Shown here: one piece after another, positions 49,313-63,063 of the stretch
Position numbering within the stretch: position 1 is the first letter of the stretch
Layout of the letters: the number at the start of each line of letters is the position of its first letter
NCBI RefSeq assembly: GCF_009834535.1
Contig: NC_045697.1
Location: 24,554,001-24,618,000 of the forward strand
Direction of reading: 5' to 3'
Length of the DNA: 64,000 bases
Source: Camelus ferus
Lineage: Eukaryota
Program-made: the position numbers and the translations under genes
The notes under the pieces: model-generated
What the model saw: the letters and a program-made list of their open reading frames with translations, nothing else
What the model was told of the DNA's origin: nothing
Database searches by the model: none

Positions 49313-52300
49313 CAAACCTCTACCTTCTCATGTGTCAGACCAGCACTGAAGTCCGAAGGCTCTGTTTGACCACTCATAATTTACTTTTTGAACAATATCT
49401 TTTATGAGCACATCATTCCTCACTGATCACTCCTCTTCTGAATTCTTACAACCTATCTAGACCTCTCCTTTCATAATTATCAAGCATTGCTTCTTAATTT
49501 TATATCACTGACTTCATATGCAAATATCCTCTCTACACTTTGATTATTATCTTGGTAAGGAACGAAGCAAAATGGTGAAACTATTTCCCCGCTGTGGTAA
49601 GTAAGCATGTTTTTGATGTTGCCACTGAATCAACGTGTCTGAATAGGAATATCATACACCATTGACTTATCTTAGCCTCCTCAAACAAACTTCCATTATA
49701 TTTGTATCTATGCATATTATAAAATACCAAATGTAATACATACATATCAAAAGTAAAAGTGATACATTTTAAAATAGTGTACATTATTAATTCCACAAAT
49801 GTTGTCAAAAACATTCTTGCTAATAAAATCAACTTTTTAGCTATTCATGTTGAACAGAATATCAGGGGCCACAGCAAAATGAGATCAAGGTGACATGGGA
49901 CAATATGAATGTCTACTCATGGAGCTATCGTTCATGATAACTGCTGAAATATTTTAAAAAATATATTTGTATATAGCAAATAAAAATATTTAGAAGTGGG
50001 AGGAAAGATTCTTTACAATTATTAATCATTTTTTTATTTATTTTTATTTTGGAGATATCTATAAAATTAAAAATTTACCAAGGTCATAATGCTGATACAC
50101 ATTCCAGTACGTTGTCCAGTATTCTTACTATCTCATGAGAAACCCACTAGCCAAGACCAAGGTCTTAAAGAGACACCTTGACTCCTTTCACAAACAAATA
50201 CTCAACATTCATAGGCATATTGCTGGAAAGAACATAGACTTTTAAGACAGAAAGACATGAAGCTTACATATTAATTTCATGATCTTGGAAAAGGCAAGTA
50301 AACTCTTTCCAGCTCATTGTCATCATCTATAAGAAATAAGAAAGGCCCATCTTAGACAGCTGGGTGAGGAGTAAGTATACTGTTCACAGTACGTAGCAGG
50401 TAGTTAATAGCTATTATCATTTGTCTCTATTGCTCATATCAACACAGCCACCAACAGCAATGTAAAAATGATGTTTACAGTACCTTGTAAAAGTGCATTC
50501 TTTGAGAAAATAATATCAACCAATGATCTATGCTTATCTTTAGGGGACAGAAAGGCTTTGAAAAAGATAATGTTAAATATGTAATGATATGCCACTTCTA
50601 ACTTTTTTCAGTAAATAATTCAAGTTTAAGTTTCAAAGAAGAAAATTATCTTGTGGCCTTATTTTTCTCAGATGTTTAAGAGAAAGCTTATAGTAAAACA
50701 TCACTTTGTTCATCCATGAACCTTTAGGACTTCTCACAAACCACTGATTAACTTCTTCTATAAACATAGGACTAGTAGCACATGATCTCTGAGATCACCA
50801 TCTTTTGACTTTTCTCAGAAGAATGAGAAAGATTAATAAAGAGAATTTTCAAATCCTAGATGATGAGAGAAATAATAAATGTGCCCCAACTGAATTACAC
50901 AGGCCACATTCTTTCTTGTTTAAATAAAATACGAACACAATTTTGTAAATATGTTTCTATGAATAATACATCTAAGATGATCCAGGATTGGCTAAAAGCA
51001 CTAGAGGATTATTAAAACCACTGACTCACAAACACACAGCATATGTTCTCCAATATCTCTTATGAGAATGTTTCAAAGTGTTCTTATTTTATTTGTATAT
51101 CATCTCTCTTTGGAAAAATAGTGCTATCTGCATATGTTAGGCTTTGGTTTAGCCTAACAGTTTATGATTACAAAATGAAACTTCGGACTTGAAACAAAAA
51201 CAAATAAGCACTAAGTGTTTTTTTTTTTTGGGTTTTTTTTTTTTTTTTTGGTATCATAGCAGTAGTTTTCTTTCATCTCTTCAGAAGCTGGTATGACCTG
51301 AACAACAGTAACACATTTTAATTCCTTGAAACTCTTTCAACACAAGAAACTGTGGCAGGCAGTGACAATGTGCAAAACACACTGACAATTCGCTTATGGT
51401 TAGAGACATCAATGTTTTATTATGTAATCATTTATCAATGAAATAATGCCAAAATTCAGGCTTAGACAATCCACAACTTTGCACATGTTAATTTAGTGTC
51501 ACAGAACAGTTGGGCATGTTGGAACGCTTAGTTACAAGATGATTTATTAGAATTATTTCAAGGTCCTGTGTTTCTTTTTATGTGTTTTGATGTACAAAAG
51601 TAATGGAGTCTAAGATTTAAAGTCAGTGTGAATGCACTGAATATTCTGACAATGATTTTTAAACTTGAGAGTTTGTGAATGTCATAGATTTGGATGTATT
51701 TTATCACATGTGCTCACAAACTAGAATTAATGTATTCAATGAAAATACTATCCTAAGAGAGCATCCATATTTACATATGTGAAAAATGTTAACGCATTGT
51801 AGTTTAACAAGCTTATCAAAATTTAGTGTTCATGTAATTTTACATACGTAGGGGTAAAGAGGAGAGGCTGGAACAGATTAGTACTATTTAAAAGTTGGGG
51901 AGAGTTTGAAGGTGATCCAGTAGAGTTTTCTAATCTGAGCTGACCCATGTCTTTATAATTTAGGGTCCACACTAAGAGAAGAAACTAATGCTTTGCACGT
52001 ACAAAAAGCTCATATTATAGAGCGTATTTTCAAAAGTATGTGTAATTGTATCAAGGAATTTGCATTTAATTCAAGTACTATTGAAATATGGTGGGAAAAC
52101 ATACATACCTATGTATATACATACATATACGTATGTGTATATAATTTATTCCTAAGCTTCATGTATTTAGTTACTGTTTAGCAAAATAATATATACTAAG
52201 ATTTAACTTATGAAAACATGAACAATAGAACACACTTTTTATTACACAGAAAAATAATCAATTTAATATGTTTTGTATATAAAGAGGATGTGACAGAATC

Positions 52301-54193
52301 AAGGGAGAAAATAACAGATCCAGCAATTGGAAAGGCTCACACTCTTACTATGTGTACAGTTTCAGTTTGGTTAGGAAGAAAATGTAATTAGATTGCAGAT
52401 TAATAAAATCTCATAATAAAATTTAGTTACAAACTTAAAATTTAATAAACTGTAGTTGATACTTTAGTGGAAAAAACAAAAGAAAAGGGGTTTAACTCAC
52501 TAACGTATATAAGAGTCAAGGAGGTTGATTTAATCAAGCCCATTTTTTTTTGAAAGACTCATGTATGATTAAAGGGTAGGGAAATGAGCAGAAGGCCATG
52601 GATTTTTCATAGCTGTCTGCCCAGAATGGTTAAGGTCATCTTTCACTAATCTATGACTACTTAGGAAATTATCTGTTACCTCCCATTTGTTCTGTTCAAT
52701 GTCTTCAGCAGATGTTTAAAGACAGAAACAAATGAAAAAATATACATTATTAACTTCTGTAGATCTTCACAGAAAAGTATAAGTAATTTGCACTTTCCTT
52801 AAATATTTGCCAAAAGAACATAGGAGGACCTCACAAGAATATATAAGTTACTTTTTTTTTCCTTTAGATTTAATATTTTCCTCTTTTTTTGGTGGTGGGT
52901 GGATTTTACCTATAGCTACCATCGATTGGGTCTGTTAAGCAGTGTCAGAAATTACTCCTTTGAATACTTCAATGTAGAAAGTTCATTGTTACATTTTATT
53001 CTGATAATTATGAAAAATTGAAATTCTTTCTAAAGTAAGTAGTTTAGTTATATGTGTACTCTAAGTATGTTTTAAGTGCTTCATGCATGAACATCTCTGT
53101 AAAATATATATTTATACAAATCATTAATAACCTAGTCAAAGGACACATTGAATACTTAAGCATATCACTATTTATGGAACAATAGAATAGTGAGCATTTG
53201 TTCATTTGGTTTAATTTAGTAATTTGTTGTACAGATTCAGTTTTTTCAAGTGGAGAACTGAAGATGTTAAATGATTAATCCAAAAATCATCTGTTTTCCT
53301 CATGTAGCAGCTCATCTCTGTGCTTTAGAATATTCTTCTTAAGCATCCAGATAATTGCTTTCATAATTCACCATATACTGCATGTGTTTCATAGCCATCA
53401 TCTTTTTTAAATAATCCCCAGAAAAACAACTGCTATAATGTTAATTTTTATAGTAATGACCAGAGAGATGAGCATTCTTCTTAAACTCAGTTTTCTACTT
53501 GAATTCTAAGACTATCAAAATATATTAAGAATTGCATTTTACTTAATATGTTTATGATTGCTGTTTTAGTAAGTCATTGAAAAAGAGATCATCAATTTAT
53601 GAATGCTATATATATTTATCCTCCAGTTCTCACAACTTAGCAAAAAAATAAAGGCTAAAATTAATGTCAAAGAAACTGTGGTAATATAACATTTTAAATT
53701 AATATCTGGAACATTTTAGATATTAAAGAAAATTAATTTTAGAATTCTAATTCATCTTGGAACTACTTGGTAGTTTATACTTGGTATAATTATATTTGGT
53801 ATAATCCAAATATCTTCTTATTTTTCCAAAAAAATTTCCATTAAAATATATTTCTTAAATTTTTTATCCATAGTAACATTACTTTAAGGTTTAGATACTA
53901 TTTAACTGTCAAAATGGAATGCATTGTATGTTAGATCTATTAATGCATATCACATCCTATTGTATTTAATTAGGCAATGTATAACTGACATCTATTGTTT
54001 TGACTTTCTCTAATATTCACACTTAGGAGTTCTGAATAAAGAATCCAGGTTATAAAATCTACAGTAATAATTTAGGATTTGGGAGCTAGTGTTTGTCCTC
54101 CACTATTTCCTATTTAAAGTCACCTGCATTCTTTCCCCTTCTCCCTGCCACCAGTAACACCTAATAGTACCAGAATGTTCTGGACAAAATCTT

Positions 54194-55399
54194 TTTTTTT
54201 CCTCCAGTTTTATTATGTAGAATTATTATAGTTCGACTTTACATACACATTATATTGCATGTAAATACATATATACAGTATACTGCACATTTTTTTAGTT
54301 TTCATATATGTACTAATTATTGTTTCAAAGAATAGATTAGATCTTTAGCTTTTTAAACTTACATAGTTATCAAAGGAATAAAGCCAACTACTAAATAAGA
54401 ATCAACAGAATGCAGTAATCCCATCATAAAGGACAGTCAAATGTGCTTAGACATATTCAAGAAATCAAAATAATAACTAATTCATTTGTGTTCCTACTAT
54501 TATTATTATTACTTTTTAGATTCTTCATATAAATGATGTCATATGGCATTTTTCTTTCTCTTTCCAGCTTCACTTTGAATGACAGTCTTCAGGTCCATCC
54601 ATATTGCTGCAAATGGCATTATTTTATTCTTTTTTATGGCTGAGTACTGTTCCATTGTATATATGTACCACATCTTCTTTATCCAGTATCTGTTGATGGA
54701 CATTTGGGGTGTTTTGCTGTCTTGGCTATCATAAATAGTGCTGCTATGAACATTGGGGTGCATGTATCTTTTTGAATTTTATTTTTCTCTGGATATATGC
54801 CCAGGAGTGGGATTGCTGGATCATGTGGTAAGTCTATTTTCAGTTTTTTAAGGAACCTCCATTCTGTCCTCCATAGTGGCTGCACCAATCTACACTCCCA
54901 CCAACACTGTAGGAGGGTTCCCTTTTCTCCACACCCTCTCCGGCATCTATCATTTGTAACTTTTCAATGATGGCCATTCTGGCTGGTGTGAAATGATCTC
55001 TCATTGTAGTTTTGATCTGCATTTCTCTGACAATTAGTGATGCTGAGTATTTTTTCATGTGCCTATTGGCCATCTGTATGTCTTCACTGGAGAATTGATT
55101 CTTTAGGTCTTCTGCCCATTTTTGGATTGGGCTGCTTGTTTCTTTGATATTAAGGGGTATAAGCTGTTTGTGTATTTTGGAAATTAGTCCCTTGTCAGTC
55201 ACATCATTTGCAAATATTTTCTCCCATTCTGTAAGTTGTCTTTTCGTTTTGTTGATGGTATCCTTAGCTGTGCAAAAGCTTTTAAGTTTAATTAGATCCC
55301 ATTTGTTTATTTTTGCTTTTAATTCCAATACTTCAGGAGCTGGTTCAAAAAATATATTGCTGTAATGTATGTCCATGAGTTTTCTGTCTATGTTTTCCT
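54194..55399 (-). mobile_element. Older 5'-truncated LINE-1 insertion unit (ORF2 C-terminus plus an atypical 3' segment) with an 18-bp degenerate TSD
   Basis: Frameshifted ORF2 pieces at 54539-55376 ([49 protein letters not shown]). Poly(T) at 54192-54200. TSD TGTTCTGGACAAAATCTT (54176-54193) vs TGTTCTGGGCAAAAACTT (55400-55417), 16/18 identical. Confidence 0.9.
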
Positions 55400-58151
55400 T
55401 GTTCTGGGCAAAAACTTACACTTTGTTTAATTCTCCTAATAACTGTCTCTCTGGAAGCACAGAACTCTAATAGTTATGAAATTATAGGTCTATATGAAGA
55501 ATAAAAAAACTCAAAATAAAACTTCTTGCACTTGAGGGAAATTAGGTATAAACAATAAGATAGAGAAAATGAAAGCCACAGATGATTCACAGCATCCACA
55601 ATGTCCTGAGATAATCAAGTGGCTTAGATCAAACCCCCTGACAATGGTGCTCTAATCAGGCTGTGGGTACTCAAATATGTGTTATAAACCCAAAGTCTTT
55701 AAGCCAATAAGGCATATAGCATGGTTATTCCTTTATGTTTTCAATTTTCTAGTTAAAAGATAAATATAAAAAGGTGAGATACAACAATAAAATGTTGGAG
55801 AACATAGACAAATTATTTGTTATCATCAAAGAAAACATGCCAAACACTTAAAGTAAATAAAATTCCATGCAGATGCTTTAAGTTAGAAAGTTTATAAGGA
55901 TCTGCCCTTGTGTCCATCACAACTTTGTTTAGGACCACCGTAATCAAATTATGTCACACTCAAGGAAACCTGAAAATATGCCCCAGAGCTAAGTTATACA
56001 TGCCTTTGCAATTTTAGTACCAATATCTATACCTGTGTAAGTAAAACACAATTTAAATATCATTCCAATTTTATATTATTTGTTAATTGCATACTATCAT
56101 GAAAAAAACAAACTTGGCCAACATTTTAGTATTATAATTACTGCCTTCAAGTTGCCTTAATTCACTTACAAAAAAAAGTCATTCATAACATGGTTATCAA
56201 ATCAGAAAATACAAAAGTGAAGAGCATATTCAAGTTCAATTATATGAAGACAGCCTAAATTGTAATCCCAACTTCATATATTAAAACCCCTAGTTCTCTG
56301 ATAAAGTGGAATCATACTTTATTCTTTTCACTCTTTTGGTTGATTTAAAACATTTTTAAACAAAGCAACATATCTACTTTGGGGAAGCTTTATATTTTCC
56401 CAAGTTGATTATTTCTTTAGCACATTTGGGTAGGAGAGATCTTAAGATGGTAAATTTCTAACCTAATGTTCCTAATTATGAAAATGGCAACCACTTCAAC
56501 ATAAATCTTTGTAAATATAAAAACTTTTAGATACAGATGTTCTATATCTGTCAGCCTATAACATTTTCAGAATAGTCTCCAATGCAAAGAAGAAAATTGT
56601 TCCCTGAAAAAATTCAAGATAAAATTCAAACACAAAGAAAAAAGCAACCATGTCTGACCTTAAGCCCTAGTATTTATTCCACAGTTGCTCATGGGTCCCT
56701 TTGTCTTCTCTTGGGCACAAGACCTTTTGTTTATTTAAAATAAATTCAAAAAACATAATTATCCTCACATTCCTACATTTCCATCTGGTATTTAATTCCA
56801 ATGATGAGGTTTTATTTAAGTAACATTCTCTCAGCCACCCTGTAATTGCTCTCTTCTGTCCCTTTTCTATTCATGGAGATTCACACATTGCAAACTATCA
56901 AGACTTAATTCAGCAGACAGCCTGAATTCTCTTATGATGACCTCAACAGTTTCTAGGTGGCTCTGAGTACTTTTTTAAACAGGTCATGAATTTCTTAAGT
57001 CTGGGTCTGCACAAGCCCATGTAGGGTAATAATCTAATAATTGGCTCACAGGGTCCCATCCATCAATGACAAAGACCATTAAAAAAAAAAAAAAAAAAAA
57101 AACAAAAAACAAGCTCTGGATGACATCAGTCTCAGTTGTATATATTGTATTTCAATACAATCTTATTGGTCTCTTCAAACAAATATCAGAACCAGGACTC
57201 TTCTCCATTTCTGTGGCCACTTACAATCTCAGAAAAAGGACAGAAGAGAAAAACAAGTCCAGCTCAAAAATATTAAGAGATTTTAATGATTATGTGTTTA
57301 CTGGTGCCAAACTAGTAGCAAATTAAACTCCAGTCAAGGTCAATCTAAAGCATGAAACTATCACTAAAATTGTTTCAATTTAACCTTAACTATCTCGATC
57401 CTATCTTCTCCAAAATCCACCTAATTCTCTCTTTCCTCCTGTCACCATAACAACCAATATTCTATCATGAGAAATTAGCATCTTTAATTTTAAAAGGTAG
57501 GAAAAAGACTTCTTATATATGGGATGTTTCCCTTTAGTCCTCCTGAAAGAAGGAAAATGTGTAGAATAAAGAGGTGTTAAATTCACTGATCAAAGGTGAT
57601 CCAAAACATATCAACAGTCAAAAAAGTTAAGTTTAAGTTTTAGGTTACTTACATGTTATTTCAGTAATTTTCTCACATCCATTATCCGTGGCATTTTATA
57701 ATAAAGAAAAATAAGGCACAAGAAAAGGGACTAAAATGGCCAGAGTTCTACAGGTGACAGAGGATACTGAGAGAAAGAGAGACAAACATAAACACTGTGA
57801 TTCTAGGTAACATGTTTATAAACATTAAGCTAACTTGCCTGCTAAGATCCTTTTTTCATTCAACTTGTGCCACTTCCTATATTGCAGTTACTGTATAAGA
57901 CAATGGAAACAGGTAGCGAATGAAAGGAATTTTGCAAACAAATGAAAATAAGCAAACAAAATCCCTGCTTCATTGGATCCTAACTTTTATTTGGGGGAAT
58001 GAATCAATACATAATTAGCAAGTAAGATATATTCTATTTTAGTTGAAGAGTAGTGTCGGGCGGCAGGAGCCGGGTGAGGAATAAACCACAGAAAGGGAAT
58101 AGGAAGTACCCAAGATATGTGCTGGATGTAGACAGTTTAAAAGTCACATTG

Positions 58152-58311
58152 TGTGGGAGGGTATAGCTCAAGCAGTAGAGCACATGCTTAACATGCATGA
58201 GGTTCTGGGTTCAATCCCCAGTACTTCTTTCAAACATAAATAAACCCAATTATCTCACCCCCATTTAAAAAAAAAAAAAGAGAGAGAAAATAAAAAGCAA
58301 AATGTGTTAAA
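58152..58311 (+). mobile_element. Camelid tRNA-derived SINE with an A-rich tail
   Basis: GGGAGGGTATAGCTCAAG...GGTTCAATCCCCAGTAC with A and B boxes. TSD AAAAGTCACATTG (58139-58151) vs AAAAATCACATTG (58312-58324). L1-endonuclease-type site TTT/AAAA at the left end. Confidence 0.92.
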
Positions 58312-58839
58312 AAAAATCACATTGGTCATATTTGTGTTTTAGGAGAACTATTCTACTGGCAACTTATAAAACAATTCAGAGGAGAAAGCTAAAACATGAT
58401 TCAGAAGAGAACGTCTATATTTAGAAATTTTAGGAAATTTGTAGGGAAAAAAGCATCATTTTTGGGAAGCAGCTTCACTCTAGAAGAAATCAGTCAGTTG
58501 GGAATTCTGCAGAAAATATTAAAGACCAGCCAAAGGATATTGTGCTTGGCTAATGCTTTTATAAATACATGTATGAATCTGGAGATAGATATTCATCTAT
58601 TGTCTCCATTTATAAATCACATATTATTAAAAGTAATATGTTGAGTATTTATTTTCATGTAATATTTATTCATCAGTTATACTTTTGTTTTTGAGATGAA
58701 AGGAGCTAGATCTATAAAGGCGATTGTCTGGTTTAGATAAGACCAAATCATATGTATTCCACCTTTTTCAGAAAATCTTTCCATGTGATTATGTTTTCTA
58801 CAAAATTAATGTATTTGGCTACATAACCAAAGTTAACAG

Positions 58840-59060
58840 TAATGCAGTACTTATTACATGTTAGGCATTATTCCTAAGTTAACATGTTAACCTATTTAGT
58901 GCTAATAACTAACTATAGAGGTAAATACTGCTACTTCTCATTTGGAGGAAGTGAGACATGGAGAGAATGTATAACTAATTGGAAGTCTCCTATTTAGAAA
59001 GTACCAAAATTAGGATTCCACTCACATAGTGTGACTCCAGAACATGCACTCTTAATAACC
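58840..59060 (-). mobile_element. MIR SINE
   Basis: GAGGTAAATACTGCTACTTCTCATTTGGAGGAAGTGAGACATGGAGAG...TGACTCCAGAACATGCACTCTTAA. Confidence 0.6.
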
Positions 59061-59089
59061 AACACACCTTCACGGCATTTCAAGCATGT

Positions 59090-59330
59090 GTTACTCATTT
59101 AACCAGTTACCTATTTGTATTTATCTTGGTGGTTCTAAATATTTGCCATAATAAAATAACACAGTCTGAACATTCTGGCAACAAAATATTTTACACATCT
59201 TTTATTATATTCTGAGGATATAATATTACAAGATAAATTTTCAGATTTGCGATTATGCAAAACAACAACCCTTCATCCAAATTGTCCTCCGTAAAAGTTG
59301 TATAAATATTTTCTCCCTTAAAGATGCCTG
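59090..59330 (-). mobile_element. Old L1ME fragment
   Basis: ATAAAATAACACAGTCTGAACATTCT...CCAAATTGTCCTCCGTAAAAGTTGTA. Confidence 0.5.
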
Positions 59331-62300
59331 AGTTCTGATCTCTTTTTATCTACAATATTATTGTAGATTTTTTCTTTAAAAAATTAAAATTAACCTTTGT
59401 TTCAGTTGTGTGGAGTCACTTTTTGTAGCTCTCATACATCACAAAAACAACTCTGTGGTTCATTTTCTCTTTGGATCCAGTCTTCTCCCATCAAGAGAGA
59501 ACAAAGTTATGATCAGGAATGGCATTTTCTAAAATGCTGACTTATTTGGAAGGTAGTAAAAACTCACAAAAGAACAGATGCTTTAAGACTAGTGGAAGAT
59601 TTTTATATTTTCTATTCACTGTAAAGTTAAGTGTAGGACAGAGGAAGGCCAAGTGATTCCCATTGTGTGACTGTGTAGGAGAATGTGGAAGATAGTGATT
59701 TAAAATTTTCACCTACTTTAAAGAAAAGATACTGAATATTCTAAAATTCCTCCTGTGTTGGAGAGAATTAAAAAAATTAAAATATTAATAATTGGTATCT
59801 TGTCTCAGCAAGGACAAATTTAGAATGCCTGTCGAGAGTAGAAATCACAAACTTATAATTGTTCTGATCTGATTGCAGAATGTTTAGAAACAACTTACCA
59901 TTTCCTTTTGTTTTTAATGTTTTTCCACATTCATCTTGCTACTATTGTTTAATGTTTAAAAGGTTTTATGAGTGGGTTAGATATAATTCTGCATATGTAA
60001 AAACCAAGCCATCTGCTGTGACACAGAGTAACTATAAGGCTGTCCATGTAAATGCAGGTTGTAAGTTCAGGCAAGTCAGCTTAGATGCTGGATGCATATT
60101 TAAGTCTTTCATTGTGTACCATGACTATTCATCTGCCTGCTGTATGGATTCTATGATGCTGTGGTTTATTTCTCTCTCTTAAGAGTCATCCCATCCCACA
60201 GGATCAAGAAGCTTTTTTCCGAATACACAGGAGGTGATGAGTTTTTTAAACTCATTTCTGGGATTAGGTAGGGATCGATACTCGTTTAGCAGCATTTAGA
60301 AGAATCTTACAACCAGTTTTATGATAGAAAAATACCCATATTCTTCATTCTTTCATCATATTTATCAGATTTATATTGTGTGCAAATCTTTATAGCAAGC
60401 TGTAGATACCATAGGCCCTTAAGGATCCTACAGATACTTAAAGAGATAAACGTATATATGTGTATACAGCACTGTGTTAGAAAAAAGAAGTCAGCAAAGC
60501 TGGTGGTGGGTCAATATTAGAGAAACTTCACACAGCAGGATGTGTCTAAGTTGGTTAGACCAGGGTAGAATGAACATTCCAGGCAGAGGTTAAAAATTGT
60601 GGAAGGAGACTGAAGAGGTAAGCTCTGCTGGAGACAGCTAAGTGATTCTAACAAGATTAGGTTGAGAAAAAGTGAGTAATAAGGTTAGAGAAATGTACAT
60701 CACAAATGCCACGACACAGAGCTAGAACAAGGTCAACAAAGAAGAAGGATTCCAAATGTCTTTTGCATGAGAAACAAAAAAAGTGAAGTTATATGTCTCA
60801 TAATTCATGCTTTTCTAATCTGTTGATGAGTGGTAAAGAAAGTGCGTGTTTATATCTGAAAGAGGTGAATTTTTAAATGAATAAAATACATCAGGCATAT
60901 ACAAAATAACTGGCAATTTCTAATGACCCACTTTTGTCCTGAATAGAATAAATAGTTTTTATTAAATTCTACAAAATTTGTGTTTAACAAGGAGATTATG
61001 CATACCCTCAGATACACCTACTTTTTATTTCCAAATTAATGCAGGAAGTATTGCTGGGAACATTACATGGGTATAAAATTTACCCTGAAGATAATAAATT
61101 CATGAATACATACTAGATAGTAAAGTGCAATGCAATGAATTTTCATTTGTGTCAGATAGAATCTTATTCTAGCATTTTCCATGTTCTGAAAAGGGCAATT
61201 ACATGATGGCTAACATCTCTGTGGACCTAAATAAAAGTGTTGATTTTAATCTCCATAGTCCATGTTTGGAATTATAAAATGCACCAATTTTTTGGCAACA
61301 GATTTTAAATAGATTAGTTTTTTCTTTATCTTCCTGTTCTTCATGTGAAAGTAAATGGGCATTGTTTTAATTATGGGGTAAAGTAGGTCCCTGTTTACTT
61401 TCAAAGATGGTCTGTGGGACATAAATGCATCATGGGAGTAAAACAGAAAGGTAATCTTCAGGAAGGTCTCTCTCATTTAGTTTCAGGTGATGAATCAGCA
61501 CTGAGCCAAATATCTGAGAAAGTGAATTTTAACTTTTCCCTAAAATGTACAACGTACTGCCTTAATTTAGTCAATTTTGGTTAATTCCAGTACAAAATTC
61601 TACTGTACTGGTATTCATGGTCAGTAGTTTCTGTCTTCAGGTTTCATTCTATTCATGATAGAAATTATGCACTATATATTACAGAATATATAATGATATA
61701 TTTACATATGTATGTACATCTATTCTTCATGAAACTAGAAGGCAGATAGAATATATGAGAAAATATATTTTATATATGTATCTATATATTCTATCATGAA
61801 ACTAGAAAGGAGCAACAACCCCGAACTACCAACTGTGAATGTCAGTACAGTGGAAATTAGACCAAAATTAATGAAAGACATTAGACATTTCAGGGGAAAA
61901 AAAATTACTCCCCCAGTAGTCAGGCTTGGTGCTGAAGTGTATAGTGTTCTAGTCTATCATAAACTTTCTGTTTATCATTTATGTGCTTTTCATATATAAA
62001 TATGAAATATGTTTACATAGATAACTATATATTTATTTCTCTCCCTCTCTCCCTCTTTATCTAAATCTCTCTCTGCTGTTATAGGTAAGGTCTGTATGTA
62101 CATGCATGTGTAGGAAAATACCATCTTTGAAGAATGTAGTAAAAAGTAACAGACCAAACATAAAAACAATATAGGCAAATGACTCACATGCATACACATG
62201 CATTCAATATTTGGACCCATTCTGGTGAATTTCAGGATAAAATGTGTCATATATATTCACATTAACCGTAACTTTTCCTTATTAACTCCAGCATCCTTTG

Positions 62301-62854
62301 ACCTTTGGCTGACTCTCCTCTTCTGGGAATTTCTCACTAGCAACTTCCTATTTGGGTAACCCCTATTCCTCCTTAAAACCATATGCATCATTATTATTTT
62401 CATTCAGTTTTTCCCATTTTATATTCATGTTTTCTTTTGCTGTTTTATATTATTTTGACTTGGATAAGATTTTCTTTCCATAGGAAAAAATACATATTAC
62501 AGTGATTTTTTTTTCTTGTGTTGCCAAACAAAGACACTTTTCTCACTTAAGATAAATTCTGTTGTCACTTATTTAATTAGTATTTTTTCTCTGATTCTTC
62601 ATTCAGAAATAGTTTTCTGTTTCAGCCCTGTATTAGGCACTACGTAAGCAACTGCACAAACGTTGCTAAGAAAGAGCCATTACACCAGCCCTCACTCAAC
62701 TTAAGAGTCTAGCCGGACATTTTTTACCCCTTGACAGCAGCACTTGACTAAACATGCTTGCCTTAGTGTTCTCAGTGGAACAGCCAGCATTCTTTGCCAT
62801 TGCTGTGCGTGCTGGTGTTTAGGATAAAATATGCAGTGATTGCTTATTTCTAAA

Positions 62855-63063
62855 CTGCACTGTCAATATGGCAGCTACTAGTCACGCAAGGCTCCTTAAG
62901 TTTAACTTCCAATTAATAAGATAGATAATATTAAATATTATTTCCTTAGTAATACTAGCCCAATTTCAATGCTCAATAGCACAAGTGATTAGTGGTTACT
63001 GTATTGGACAAAGCATAAGTAGGACATCCTTATCATTGTAGACAGTTTTATTGGCCAGTACTT
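62855..63063 (+). mobile_element. MER3-like hAT-Charlie MITE
   Basis: CTGCACTGTCAATATGGCAGCTACTAGTCAC...TGCTCAATAG...AGTGGTTACTGTATTGGACA. Confidence 0.78.

Noticed and set aside
51135..51159. Short hairpin TGTTAGGCT-N7-AGCCTAACA (similar one at 61588-61612)
   Set aside because: Stems of 8-9 bp are too short for a miRNA or MITE call and are expected by chance.
58152..58230. tRNA-like gene (also 35700-35770)
   Set aside because: It has A and B boxes but degenerate stems, an A-rich tail and a TSD, so it is a SINE rather than a tRNA gene.
61700..61810. Local imperfect duplication (TCATGAAACTAGAA twice)
   Set aside because: A small slippage-type duplication in AT-rich, probably old L1-derived DNA.
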